Shown piece after piece: positions 1-8,825 of a stretch of DNA of 64,000 nt. Source of the stretch: Thermoproteota archaeon (lineage in GTDB: Archaea; Korarchaeota; Korarchaeia; Korarchaeales; Korarchaeaceae); contig JAOZFH010000026.1 of NCBI GenBank assembly GCA_027491415.1, positions 32,001-96,000 on the forward strand, given 5' to 3'. The notes beneath the pieces were generated by a model that worked only from the letters and a program-made list of their open reading frames with translations, ran no database searches and was not told the origin of the DNA. Made by a program: the position numbers and the translations under genes. The stretch's first letter is position 1. Each line of letters begins with the position of its first letter.

Positions 1-737
1 CAAGGGAGGAACTCGACGAGCTGGGTTCTCCGTATGTAGAGGTCGGCCCCGAGGATATGGACCTGGTCAGCCCCACTGCCAGGCCAGAGCACTACCTCAA
101 GGCCGCGAGCATACTGTCGGCGGCGTGCGGAGGTAACGCCGCGGCGGTCGAGGCCGCGCTGAGGAACAGGTCGCTCGACTCGCTGGCGAGGGACCTCACC
201 TCTCCGCCCGACCTTAGGACGCTGGCAAGGAGCTTCTCCGGCGGGGTGAGGGTCTCGGTAATAGACGCTATGCCGAGGTTCGGGGCGCTGGTGGTCGACC
301 TTTCAGCCCTGGAGCCCGCCACGGTCAGAGAGTCGGCCGCCATCTTAGTGGCAATGCAGGGGCTCTCCACAGACTACCCACCCTTCCTCGTGGCTACCGC
401 GCTGTCAGCTTCTGTGTCTCGGGACGCCGACAGGAGACTCAGGGCCGAGCTGATTGACCTGATCTCCAAGATGTCTGAGAGGGGCCTCATCCTCGCCGTG
501 GACTCGAGCGCCGATGCGAGGATCTGGGACGCCTTCCCCGTGCTGGTTCTCTGCCCAGGGATGAGGGTCTCCTGGCAGTCTCAAGTTTTGGGGGGGCTCA
601 GGCTCCTCGACAGAGACAGCCTTCGAGAGCTGAGGAAGCTCGAGAGCGATGAGGTGCTCGTCGTCTGGGGGAGTCCGCCCAAGAGAGCGAGGATTAAGCT
701 CAGAGATATCAGGCCCCTGGCCAGTCGGAGAGAGTAA
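1..737 (+). CDS. 5'-truncated hypothetical protein; C-terminus resembles a degenerate HerA/VirB4-type ATPase
   Basis: The frame is open from the window edge. LVVDLSALE, LILAVDSS and LRKLESDEVLVV loosely parallel VVVDMGPLG, VVLEEAH and LPSLNVGEAVIV of the HerA in this window. Confidence 0.45.
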   Translation, partial: REELDELGSPYVEVGPEDMDLVSPTARPEHYLKAASILSAACGGNAAAVEAALRNRSLDSLARDLTSPPDLRTLARSFSGGVRVSVIDAMPRFGALVVDLSALEPATVRESAAILVAMQGLSTDYPPFLVATALSASVSRDADRRLRAELIDLISKMSERGLILAVDSSADARIWDAFPVLVLCPGMRVSWQSQVLGGLRLLDRDSLRELRKLESDEVLVVWGSPPKRARIKLRDIRPLASRRE

Positions 738-1872
738 CCGCCGACCTGACCAGCCTTGTGGGAAGGATCAACGACGCTAGGTCCCAGACCGGCGCGTATT
801 TCATCAGGAGGGTGGCGATCCTCCTGAACCTCAGCGCCCTGCCCAGGATCGGCGCTATGTGGGCCCTCATCGCCGACTCGTAGGCCGCCCCCCCTCCGCC
901 GTCGGCTATAGAACTCCCGGCCAGCGCGCCCGATATCATCCCTGTGTTTATTCCGCCCCCGTTGGAGGGTATGCACGTCCCCGCGGCGTCACCCGCAAGG
1001 AGAAGCCGACCGACGTGAAGGCGGTCCCTGAGGCCAGCCACGGGGAGGATCCTGCCCCTTAGGTCATCCTCGGGCGAAGAGTCGGATAGCTGAGGGAGCC
1101 TGGCGACAAGGTTCGAGAAGTACTCGGCCGCCGAGCGGGGGGAGGGGAGAGGGTAACCCAGCCCCACGTTTGCGGTCCCCCTCCCCCTCGGGATTATCCA
1201 GGCGTACCCGCCGGGCGCCACCCTGGAGTCGACCCACATGAGCAGGCGGTCCTCGGGGTACCTCACCCGAGACCTCTTCTGGTTGACCGCCAGGGCCACC
1301 TCCCGATACGGACCCAGGCCCGCGGATCTGGCGGCGGTGGAGAAGACCCCGTCCGCGGCCACGAGCCAGTCCACGTACAGGGAGGTGGCCTCCCTCCCCC
1401 CTTTGAGGATGAGCCTCACGCCGTCCCTCTGAAGCTCGACCCCGGACACGGTGGTTCCCAGCTTGAGCTCTGAGCCAAGCCTCTCGGCCCGACGAGCGGC
1501 TGCGCGGAGGAATCTGGCCCTGTCGAAGACCCTGGAGGGAAACTCCAGCTCGACGACCCTCCTCGATCCAAGCCTGAGTTCCAGGACGTCGATCCTCGTC
1601 AGAGTGGTCCTCGGAAGATCCAGGAGTTCATACGTGTAGTCGACGACCCACCACAGGTGCTCGGGGAGGATGGACCTCGCCCACTCTGGCTCCGGAATGA
1701 ACTCGCCGCAGATCGTGGGTCTGCCGGGCTCTCGCTCTCGGGATATCAGGACCACATCGAGACCCCTCTCGGCGAGGAGATTCGCCGCCGTGACCCCCGT
1801 CGGCCCGGCCCCCACCACGGCAACGTGGCGCCTCTCCCGGCTCACCCCTACCCTCTCCCACGGTGGGAACAA
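709..1872 (-). CDS. Geranylgeranyl reductase family flavoprotein (DGGGPL reductase-like)
   Basis: GAGPTG FAD motif, ICGE, AADG, PGGYAWIIP, GDAAG and GGGI motifs. The true start may be the GTG near 1845. Confidence 0.85.
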   Translation of the reverse strand: MFPPWERVGVSRERRHVAVVGAGPTGVTAANLLAERGLDVVLISREREPGRPTICGEFIPEPEWARSILPEHLWWVVDYTYELLDLPRTTLTRIDVLELRLGSRRVVELEFPSRVFDRARFLRAAARRAERLGSELKLGTTVSGVELQRDGVRLILKGGREATSLYVDWLVAADGVFSTAARSAGLGPYREVALAVNQKRSRVRYPEDRLLMWVDSRVAPGGYAWIIPRGRGTANVGLGYPLPSPRSAAEYFSNLVARLPQLSDSSPEDDLRGRILPVAGLRDRLHVGRLLLAGDAAGTCIPSNGGGINTGMISGALAGSSIADGGGGAAYESAMRAHIAPILGRALRFRRIATLLMKYAPVWDLASLILPTRLVRSAVTLSDWPGA

Positions 1873-1901
1873 AAATTGAGAAAGAGGGAGACAGCGGGCA
1901 A

Positions 1902-3614
1902 TCAGGACTTCTTCCAGAGGTGCATGAAGGGCGCGTAGGTCCTCTTGTAGGGCTCTCCGGCCTCGAGCTTCTTCACGTCCCTCCTGTACTTGCTCTCAGG
2001 CCCGATCATCTTGGCCCCGTGGGTCCTGGCGTACTCCTCCAAGGGGACCCCGTGCCGTCTCTGGATGTAGTCCCTGTAGAGGTCCGGCAGGACGTTGAAC
2101 GTGCAGAACGGGATCACCCTCCCGTCGGGCGAGAGGTAGTGGATGTTGCACCTCATAACCCTCTGCACATCGTAGTTGTAGAGGTCCATGAAGTGCATCA
2201 TGCCGAGAAACAGCGACTTGTAGTGGAACTCCGCCAGGGCATCGTAGTTCCTTCTGAGGAGGACATGCCTCATGAGCGCCAGCACGTTGATTCCCTCGGG
2301 CTGCCTCTCTCTGTCGATGAACCTGGAGAGGTTGGCGGCGATCTTGAGGAGCGTCACCCACCTGTTGGCGCCGGCCCTGAGTTCCTCTACCTTCTCCAGC
2401 ACGTACTCCCTGAATCCCTCTACGTCTATGAAGTCGGTTATCGGGACGAACCTCTTCACGCGCCTCTCCCCGTCGACCCGTTCGAACTCGGGGAACACGT
2501 ACGTCGCCGCCCCGCACGCCGGGTGATTGGTCATCTTGAACTGGGGCTTGCCGGTCAGGGCCTCAACCAGGTCGCTGAAGAAGGTCACGAATGGCACGGG
2601 GTACCAGGCGTCCATCGGGATCTGGCCGTTGGTCTGCTCCTCGATGAGCCTTATCACGTCGGGGATCGTGATCCTCAGCCTCTCCCTCTCTGACCTAGGC
2701 ACCCTGCCGGTCAGGGAGATGGGCTGGAAGTTCACCCCCCTGATGACGTCGATGTTCAGGGCCGCGAAGCGAATGATGTCTCCGAGCTCGTGTGTGTTGA
2801 ACCCGTTTATCACGGTGGGAACGAGCACTATGCTGGTCATGCCCGACTCCCTGGCTATGTCGAGGATGTAGGGGATCTCCCAGTGGTTCTTCACGTTGGT
2901 CTTCGGGCTGACCCCGTCGAAGCTCAGGTACATCGTGTTGACTCCGGCCTGCCTGACCTGCCTCATCAGCTCAGGCTTCTGTAGGAACGTTATGCCGTGG
3001 GTGTTGAGCTGGATGTGCCTTACACCCTCCCCCTTGATCATCCTGATGATGTCGACCAGATCCTCCCTCAGCGTGGGTTCGCCCCCAGTTAACTGGACGG
3101 CCAGACCTGGAACGGGCCTCTCTCTCCTGAGAACCCTCACCATCTGCCTAATCTGCTCCAGAGACGGTTCGTAGACAAATCCAGCCCTCTCCGCGTAGAA
3201 GAAGCAGTACCAGCAGTCGAGGTTGCACCTGTTGGTCAGCACTATGTTCGCGAGGGCGGTCATATCGCCGTGGGCCGGGCAGAGGCCGCAGCTGAACGGA
3301 CACGGGGCAGTCATGGGGACGATCGGCTCGATCTTCATCGGTGGAACCTCGAAGCGGAACGCCCTCTCGTAGAACCTAGCGTCTCCCCAGTAGAGCTCCT
3401 CAATCTCCCCGTGTTCGGGGCAGACTCTGCGAATGAAGACCTTACCGTCCCTCTCAAAGACCACGGCCGGGAGCAGCCTGTAGCACTCGGGGCACAGCGA
3501 GAGCGTCCTCCTTAGGAGCTTCTCACCCTCCCTCACGGACGGGGTGGGGCCCCCAATTGGTATTTCTCTCTCTGCTACCCTGACAACCCTCTCTGCGACG
3601 CTCTGTTCTACCAT
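1902..3614 (-). CDS. tes: Tetraether lipid synthase (GDGT-MAS/Tes, MJ0619-like radical SAM)
   Basis: N-terminal CPEC...CPEHG rubredoxin-like motif, CPFSCGLCPAH, TNRCNLDCWYC radical SAM motif, QLTGGEPT and C-terminal RCNIHY...IPFCTFN. Confidence 0.9.
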   Translation of the reverse strand: MVEQSVAERVVRVAEREIPIGGPTPSVREGEKLLRRTLSLCPECYRLLPAVVFERDGKVFIRRVCPEHGEIEELYWGDARFYERAFRFEVPPMKIEPIVPMTAPCPFSCGLCPAHGDMTALANIVLTNRCNLDCWYCFFYAERAGFVYEPSLEQIRQMVRVLRRERPVPGLAVQLTGGEPTLREDLVDIIRMIKGEGVRHIQLNTHGITFLQKPELMRQVRQAGVNTMYLSFDGVSPKTNVKNHWEIPYILDIARESGMTSIVLVPTVINGFNTHELGDIIRFAALNIDVIRGVNFQPISLTGRVPRSERERLRITIPDVIRLIEEQTNGQIPMDAWYPVPFVTFFSDLVEALTGKPQFKMTNHPACGAATYVFPEFERVDGERRVKRFVPITDFIDVEGFREYVLEKVEELRAGANRWVTLLKIAANLSRFIDRERQPEGINVLALMRHVLLRRNYDALAEFHYKSLFLGMMHFMDLYNYDVQRVMRCNIHYLSPDGRVIPFCTFNVLPDLYRDYIQRRHGVPLEEYARTHGAKMIGPESKYRRDVKKLEAGEPYKRTYAPFMHLWKKS

Positions 3615-3791
3615 ATTTCACCAACTCCCTCCGCCCGCCCCTCGAGCGGGCTGGCGGGCAGATTTCCACTATCCCCCCTCGATAAGTAATTAAAGTCTGT
3701 CGGGCCTTTTGACACTCTGTAGCACGAAGTTGACGACAGAGAGATCGTATTTTCCCATCATCACCGTTAAGAGTTTTCCGGAGGTGCGAGG

Positions 3792-4430
3792 TTGAAAGGT
3801 CGTCGTCGGGCTATTGCGCTCCGGCTCGCAGCGGAGGCAGCCGCTCTGAACTCCGGAGGGGTCGGCGAGGCCGAGGAACTCGAGGCCATCGCCGCCGCCC
3901 TTGCCAGGGGCACGCGGCCGACTGTGAAGACGAAGCGAGGGGAGGTCTTCACCAGAATCTGTGAAGCATACGCATCTGGATGGGAGGACCTCTCCAGGCT
4001 GACGGACAGCCTGTTCGAAGAGCTGGATCCCGGGTTGAGGGCGGCCCTCACGGTCTTGCTCGTGGACCTCGCGCCAGAGTTCGAGGGGCGCGCCATGGAC
4101 TCGGCCGTGAAGTGGCTCGAGCGGGTGGAACCGGACCTCCGTGTGGCGGCGGTCAAGGTCTTGGGGGCGCTCGCGGAGCTTGGAAGCAGGAGAGCGCTTG
4201 AAAGGGTTCTGAAGGTACTGAAGGCCGAGTGGGAGGTCAAGAAGGTTCGCCTCGCGGCGCTCGGGAGCCTCCTAGGCATAGCGGAGTCGAGGCCCGAGGT
4301 CGGGGAGGTGATCACCTCCGAGCTGGGGGCCGCGCTGAGTAAGGAGAGAGACCCGGAGGTGCGGATCGGCATCCTCTCCGCGCTCATCTCCCTGCTAGAG
4401 CGCCGGGCGCCTGAGTCTAGTTTTGATTAA
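3792..4430 (+). CDS. HEAT-repeat protein
   Basis: Repeated helical units: EPDLRVAAVKVLG, VKKVRLAALGSL, DPEVRIGILSAL. Confidence 0.6.
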   Translation: MKGRRRAIALRLAAEAAALNSGGVGEAEELEAIAAALARGTRPTVKTKRGEVFTRICEAYASGWEDLSRLTDSLFEELDPGLRAALTVLLVDLAPEFEGRAMDSAVKWLERVEPDLRVAAVKVLGALAELGSRRALERVLKVLKAEWEVKKVRLAALGSLLGIAESRPEVGEVITSELGAALSKERDPEVRIGILSALISLLERRAPESSFD

Positions 4431-4457
4431 AATCTGAGGCTCGTTCCAGACTCCGGG

Positions 4458-5141
4458 GTGGATGCCATGGGGAGGGTGACCTTTCTAGGACACGCAAACG
4501 TGCTGATCGAGTCCGGGGGCGTTAAGGTTCTCTTTGACCCCTGGATACAGGGAAACCCGGCCTACCCCAAGGGCATGGAGGAGCCCGACGGCGTCTTGGC
4601 CTACGTCGTGACCCACGGGCACGGCGACCACGGACTCGAGGACGCCATAAGGCTCTCGAAGAAAAGGGGAGGAAAGGTCGTGGGGATATTTGAGCTGGCG
4701 AACCACGCCTCTGATAGGGGAGCAGACGCCGTGGGGGCGAACATCGGGGGGCCCTTCAAGGTGGGGGACATTGAAGTCATCCTGACCGAGGCGCTCCACA
4801 GCTCCCCCTTGGGGGCGCCGACCGGCGCCGTCGTGAAGTTCCCCGACGGGTTCACGGTCTATCACGCTGGAGACACCGGCATATTCCCGGGGATGAGCCT
4901 GATAGGTGAGCTCTACTCCCCTGAGCTCGCCATCCTGCCCATCGGCGGGCACTTTACCATGGGGCCCAGAGAGGCGGCGAAGGCCCTCGAGCTCCTGGGC
5001 AGTCCGAAGGTCCTGCCCATCCACTACGGGACATTCCCCGTCCTGTGGGGCTCTCCCGACAAGCTCAGGGACGAGATCAGGGCCCGGAAGCTGGATGTGG
5101 AGGTGGTGGAGCTCACTCCTGGGTCTTCAGCGGGGCTTTGA
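4458..5141 (+). CDS. Metal-dependent hydrolase, metallo-beta-lactamase fold (UPF0173-like)
   Basis: FLGHA, THGHGDH, HSS, YHAGDT and PIHYGTF motifs. Confidence 0.9.
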   Translation: MDAMGRVTFLGHANVLIESGGVKVLFDPWIQGNPAYPKGMEEPDGVLAYVVTHGHGDHGLEDAIRLSKKRGGKVVGIFELANHASDRGADAVGANIGGPFKVGDIEVILTEALHSSPLGAPTGAVVKFPDGFTVYHAGDTGIFPGMSLIGELYSPELAILPIGGHFTMGPREAAKALELLGSPKVLPIHYGTFPVLWGSPDKLRDEIRARKLDVEVVELTPGSSAGL

Positions 5142-5188
5142 GCCCCGCCCAGCGGCCTTTTTTAGGTCGGATCGCCGCATTAGGCGAG

Positions 5189-5554
5189 ATGTCCCTGGAG
5201 AACCACGTGGTTGTCGAGTTCTACAACGTCGGGGAGTCTGAGATACTCGACTCCCCCAGGAAGATGGAGGCCATGCTGAGGGAACTCGCGGAGGCGGTGG
5301 GGTTAGAAGTGAAGGCCCTTCACATACATGAGTTCGAGCCGTACGGCGTCAGTTCGCTCTTGCTCACCGAGATGGGATATGTTGCCCTTCACACGTGGCC
5401 AGAACACGATTACGCGACCGTGAACATAGTCGACTTCGCCCCGGGAGAGTCTAACTGGGCGAAGGGGGCCTTGGAGTTCTTGAGGGAGAGGCTGAAGCCG
5501 GAGACCGATAGCATAGTTGAGATAAGCACGGGAAGGGTAAGGAAGAATGGGTGA
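5189..5554 (+). CDS. S-adenosylmethionine decarboxylase (SpeD/SpeH class) homolog, predicted inactive
   Basis: HEFEPYGVS...HTWPE family signature is present, but the ESH cleavage site is replaced by MGY. ATG at 5189. Confidence 0.8.
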   Translation: MSLENHVVVEFYNVGESEILDSPRKMEAMLRELAEAVGLEVKALHIHEFEPYGVSSLLLTEMGYVALHTWPEHDYATVNIVDFAPGESNWAKGALEFLRERLKPETDSIVEISTGRVRKNG

Positions 5555-6644
5555 TCCCGCCGCCTATCTCCGGGGGAGATCCCCCAGAGAGGCCCTGAGG
5601 AGGGCCTTCGAGCTCTTCTCCCGCTACGACATGGAGTCCACCGTCAAGGCGGCGGGCACGGTGTACGGGAGAAAGTCACCGGAAGAGGGACGACTCTCGT
5701 GGGAGTTGGTTCACAGGCTGTCCTTCTTTCAGTACGAGGTTCTAGCGTACAGGCTCCACCAGATTGGAAGCCTAAGAGGACTCATTAAGGAGGTCCCCCT
5801 CATACCGGAGAGGGCGCTCAACCTGGCCAGGTCGCTCGAGGAGGTCGGCCTCGTTGAAATCGGCTCAAACGGGGAGGTCGAGTTCAGGGCCAACCCGTTC
5901 GGCAGGACCTCTCCGGACCCTGGCGTCCTCGGACTGGTGCCCCAGATAGATGTGAACTACGAGTTCGACCAGCTCCAAGTGTCGAAGGAGAGCCTCCTCG
6001 AGAGGATTGCGGAGATCGCGTCTGACGTCCCACTCGACGGCAAGAGCGTCGCGGTGATGGGGGATGACGACTTCCAGAGCGTGTTGCTCGCTGCCAGCTT
6101 TGACGTCAGCGTAACCGTGTTCGAGCTCGACGAGCGGGTCATTCGGAGGATAGAGGGCATAGCGAGGCAGGAGGGGCTCAGCATCAATGTGGTGAAGCAC
6201 GACCTGACAAAACCACTTCCGGAGGATCTGCGAGACAGGCACGACGTCTTCGTGGCCGATCCGACGTACACCCTCCCCGGGGTCCAGACCTTCACGCTGA
6301 GGGGTTGGGAGGCGCTGGTAAAGGAGAGGGGGCGCAGGGGATACGTCTGCCTCCTGCCCGACGAACTCGGGTCCCACATCAGCCGGGTGTTCAGGAGCTT
6401 CGGGGAGATGGGCTTTGCGGTCGAGAGGGTCGTCGTTGGACTCAACCACTATCTAGTCGCGAGAGACAGCCCCATCTACTGGCTCGCGGAAGAGGTCGCC
6501 AAGGCGATGGGCAGACCGAACCTGGCGGACTCCGTGGCGGGCTACTCAAGCAACCTCTACGTCTTGGTGCTCACGGAGCCGCGCGCCGCCGAGGGATTCC
6601 GTCCCGCCCAGTGGCCAATCTACGACTACTTCCCGACCGAGTGA
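5547..6644 (+). CDS. bpsA: Branched-chain polyamine synthase (N4-bis(aminopropyl)spermidine synthase) family
   Basis: EFDQ, diagnostic GDDD, ELDER, HDL and DPTYT motifs; 8-nt overlap with the AdoMetDC-like gene. Confidence 0.8.
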   Translation: MGDPAAYLRGRSPREALRRAFELFSRYDMESTVKAAGTVYGRKSPEEGRLSWELVHRLSFFQYEVLAYRLHQIGSLRGLIKEVPLIPERALNLARSLEEVGLVEIGSNGEVEFRANPFGRTSPDPGVLGLVPQIDVNYEFDQLQVSKESLLERIAEIASDVPLDGKSVAVMGDDDFQSVLLAASFDVSVTVFELDERVIRRIEGIARQEGLSINVVKHDLTKPLPEDLRDRHDVFVADPTYTLPGVQTFTLRGWEALVKERGRRGYVCLLPDELGSHISRVFRSFGEMGFAVERVVVGLNHYLVARDSPIYWLAEEVAKAMGRPNLADSVAGYSSNLYVLVLTEPRAAEGFRPAQWPIYDYFPTE

Positions 6645-7959
6645 CCGTTGACGTGACCTCCAGCGGCTTCACCTCCCTCTTGGCCAGTACCCTGCCCACC
6701 AGGTAGGTGGGCCTGGCCTCCTCGATGACCACGTCGTAGAAGCTGCCGAGCTCCACGTCGGGCCCCACCAAGGCAACGGGTCTGTAGAAGTCCGTCCTGC
6801 CCTGGTACCCCTTGGGGCCACGCTCCAAGGCGAGGACCGTGAGTTCATCGCCAACGTAGGCCTCATTCCCCCTACGGCTGATCTCTTTGACGAGCTCGGA
6901 AATCAGTCTGCTTCTCCGTTTGACGGTCGCAGGATTGGGGGACTTCCACCTTGAGGCCGGAGTGCCCGGCCTGGGTCCGTATCTGCTTATGTTCACGACA
7001 TCCGGCCTCGTCCTCTCCAGCAGCCCGACGGTCATCTCGAAGTCGTCCTCGGTCTCCCCGGGGAAGCCCACGATTACGTCGGTGGCCAGGGTGGTGTCGC
7101 GAAAGGCGGCCCGGAACTTCGAAACCAGCCTCTCGAACAGCTCGGCCCTGTAACCCCTGGCCATCCTCTTCAGCACGTCATCGCTCCCGCTCTGCACGGG
7201 AACGTGCAAGAACCGATACACCCGCGGGTCCCTCATGGTGACAAGGAGGTCGTCGATCACCCTCGCGAGCGTGTTCGGGTTGGCCATCCCCACCCGCAGC
7301 CTGTATTCGCCGGGGATCTCCAAGATCCTCTCGAGCAGCCCCGGCAAGGTCCAGCCGGTGTCCCAACCGTAGGCAGCCGTATCCTGAGCCGTTATCAGAA
7401 GCTCCACCGCACCTCCGGAGAGTAGTTCCCTGGCCCTCTCGACGATCGCGTCCGGAAGGAAGCTCTTCAGCCTTCCCCGGGCGAGTCTGGTGATGCAGAA
7501 GGTGCAGGCCCCCAGGCAGCCCTCCGCTATGGGCAGGGGAGCCGAGATAACCTTACCACGAGTCCTCGGCAAGCCCGCCTTGTCGAGCGGATCTCTCTCG
7601 AGGAACTCGGCCCTCTCCCCGCGCAGGGCAATCTCAACGGCGTCTACCACCCTGTGCACCGACTTAGGCCCGAGGAGGACCTTTGCGTAGGGTCTGAGCC
7701 TCCCCGGCTGGGTGAGGGCCATGCAGCCGGCGGCTACCACCGGCCGACCAATGCACGCCAGCCGGGAGATCCGGTGCGCCATCCTGTCCTCGGTGGGCTT
7801 CTTTACGTTGCAGGTGTTGAGGATTATCACGTCTGCCGCCTGGGGGGACTCCACCAGCTGAAATCCGGCGCGCTCGAGCAGCGCCGCCATGATGTCGGAG
7901 TCCGCCCTGTTCGCGGTGCAACCGTGAGTCTCTATGTACACCCTCCGGAGGCCGCCCAT
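6571..7959 (-). CDS. tRNA t6A methylthiotransferase (archaeal MtaB/MiaB-like radical SAM)
   Basis: UPF0004 domain (ETHGC, NTC, GC), GCLGACTFC, PVQSGS, IVGFPGET and a C-terminal TRAM domain. Confidence 0.9.
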   Translation of the reverse strand: MGGLRRVYIETHGCTANRADSDIMAALLERAGFQLVESPQAADVIILNTCNVKKPTEDRMAHRISRLACIGRPVVAAGCMALTQPGRLRPYAKVLLGPKSVHRVVDAVEIALRGERAEFLERDPLDKAGLPRTRGKVISAPLPIAEGCLGACTFCITRLARGRLKSFLPDAIVERARELLSGGAVELLITAQDTAAYGWDTGWTLPGLLERILEIPGEYRLRVGMANPNTLARVIDDLLVTMRDPRVYRFLHVPVQSGSDDVLKRMARGYRAELFERLVSKFRAAFRDTTLATDVIVGFPGETEDDFEMTVGLLERTRPDVVNISRYGPRPGTPASRWKSPNPATVKRRSRLISELVKEISRRGNEAYVGDELTVLALERGPKGYQGRTDFYRPVALVGPDVELGSFYDVVIEEARPTYLVGRVLAKREVKPLEVTSTVTRSGSSRRLATGRDGIPRRRAAP

Positions 7960-8016
7960 TCCGACGCGGCGCCGCCTGTCCGGGTTAATAAGGAGGCGCG
8001 CCCGCCAGGGCCGAGG

Positions 8017-8337
8017 CTAATCCGACTCCTCCTCAGAGACCGAGGTGACGCCGTCAAGGCTGGCTATGTTCCCGCCGTAGTACTTGACCACTCGGCTTAT
8101 CTCCTCGTAGTCGAGGTCCTCCCCGTCCAAGATGACCTTGAGCCTCTCTATGTTGGTGTCGTAATCCTGAACATCTATCTCAACCCTCGAGACCCCAGGA
8201 AGTTCATTGAGGGCCTCTGCCAGTTCGATTATGGTGGGATTGTGCGGCTTCACGATGTCCAGAACCAGTCTGACTATGCGTACCTCCTTCTCCTCTACCT
8301 GCGAGTCCTCTTCCGCAGACGACCTAGAGCCGAACAC
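8017..8337 (-). CDS. DUF211 domain protein
   Basis: RLVLDIVKPH...GGNIASLD signature; GTG start at 8337 follows a purine-rich SD. Confidence 0.8.
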   Translation of the reverse strand: MFGSRSSAEEDSQVEEKEVRIVRLVLDIVKPHNPTIIELAEALNELPGVSRVEIDVQDYDTNIERLKVILDGEDLDYEEISRVVKYYGGNIASLDGVTSVSEEESD

Positions 8338-8411
8338 CGGCCCTCCTTCCCTCCTCCTCGGACCCCCCGAGGGGCACAATATATAAGTTCGGTGCACCAA
8401 GCGCCGCTCAC

Positions 8412-8825
8412 TCAGCAGTCTATCCTCTCGCTTGGGGAAGTTCTTGTGAGCCACCGGGCGGCCGAAAAGATGTCCGCCACTATCTTGTTCACGGTCCGAG
8501 ACTTCCCACCCTTCAGCCGCAGGAGCACCATCTTCCCACGCGCCCTCTCTGGCAGGCGGGCCCTCCTGTCGAATGTCGCGAGGACCAGTATGCCCCTCGC
8601 CAAGCAGTAGTCCACGAGATCCTCAGTTCTCCTCCTCCCCCTGACGGCCGATCTAGGCGCCCAAGCCGCGCCGTAGCCCAAGTAGTTGAGCCTCCTCTGA
8701 ATGGAATAGTAGAGATCCCTCGGAACGGTCCTGTCGAACATAAAGAGCGTCTTGTATATGGGCCTCGCTCGCCGGCCGACCGGGCGACCTCCGGTCTTCG
8801 ACTCTCCCTCAAAGCGAGTGGGCAA
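8412..8825 (-). CDS. PIN-like (DUF5615/VapC45-like) small protein
   Basis: FMFDRTVP...EDLVDYC...ILVLATFDR resembles the DUF5615 pattern; 17-nt overlap with dtdA. Confidence 0.5.
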   Translation of the reverse strand: MPTRFEGESKTGGRPVGRRARPIYKTLFMFDRTVPRDLYYSIQRRLNYLGYGAAWAPRSAVRGRRRTEDLVDYCLARGILVLATFDRRARLPERARGKMVLLRLKGGKSRTVNKIVADIFSAARWLTRTSPSERIDC

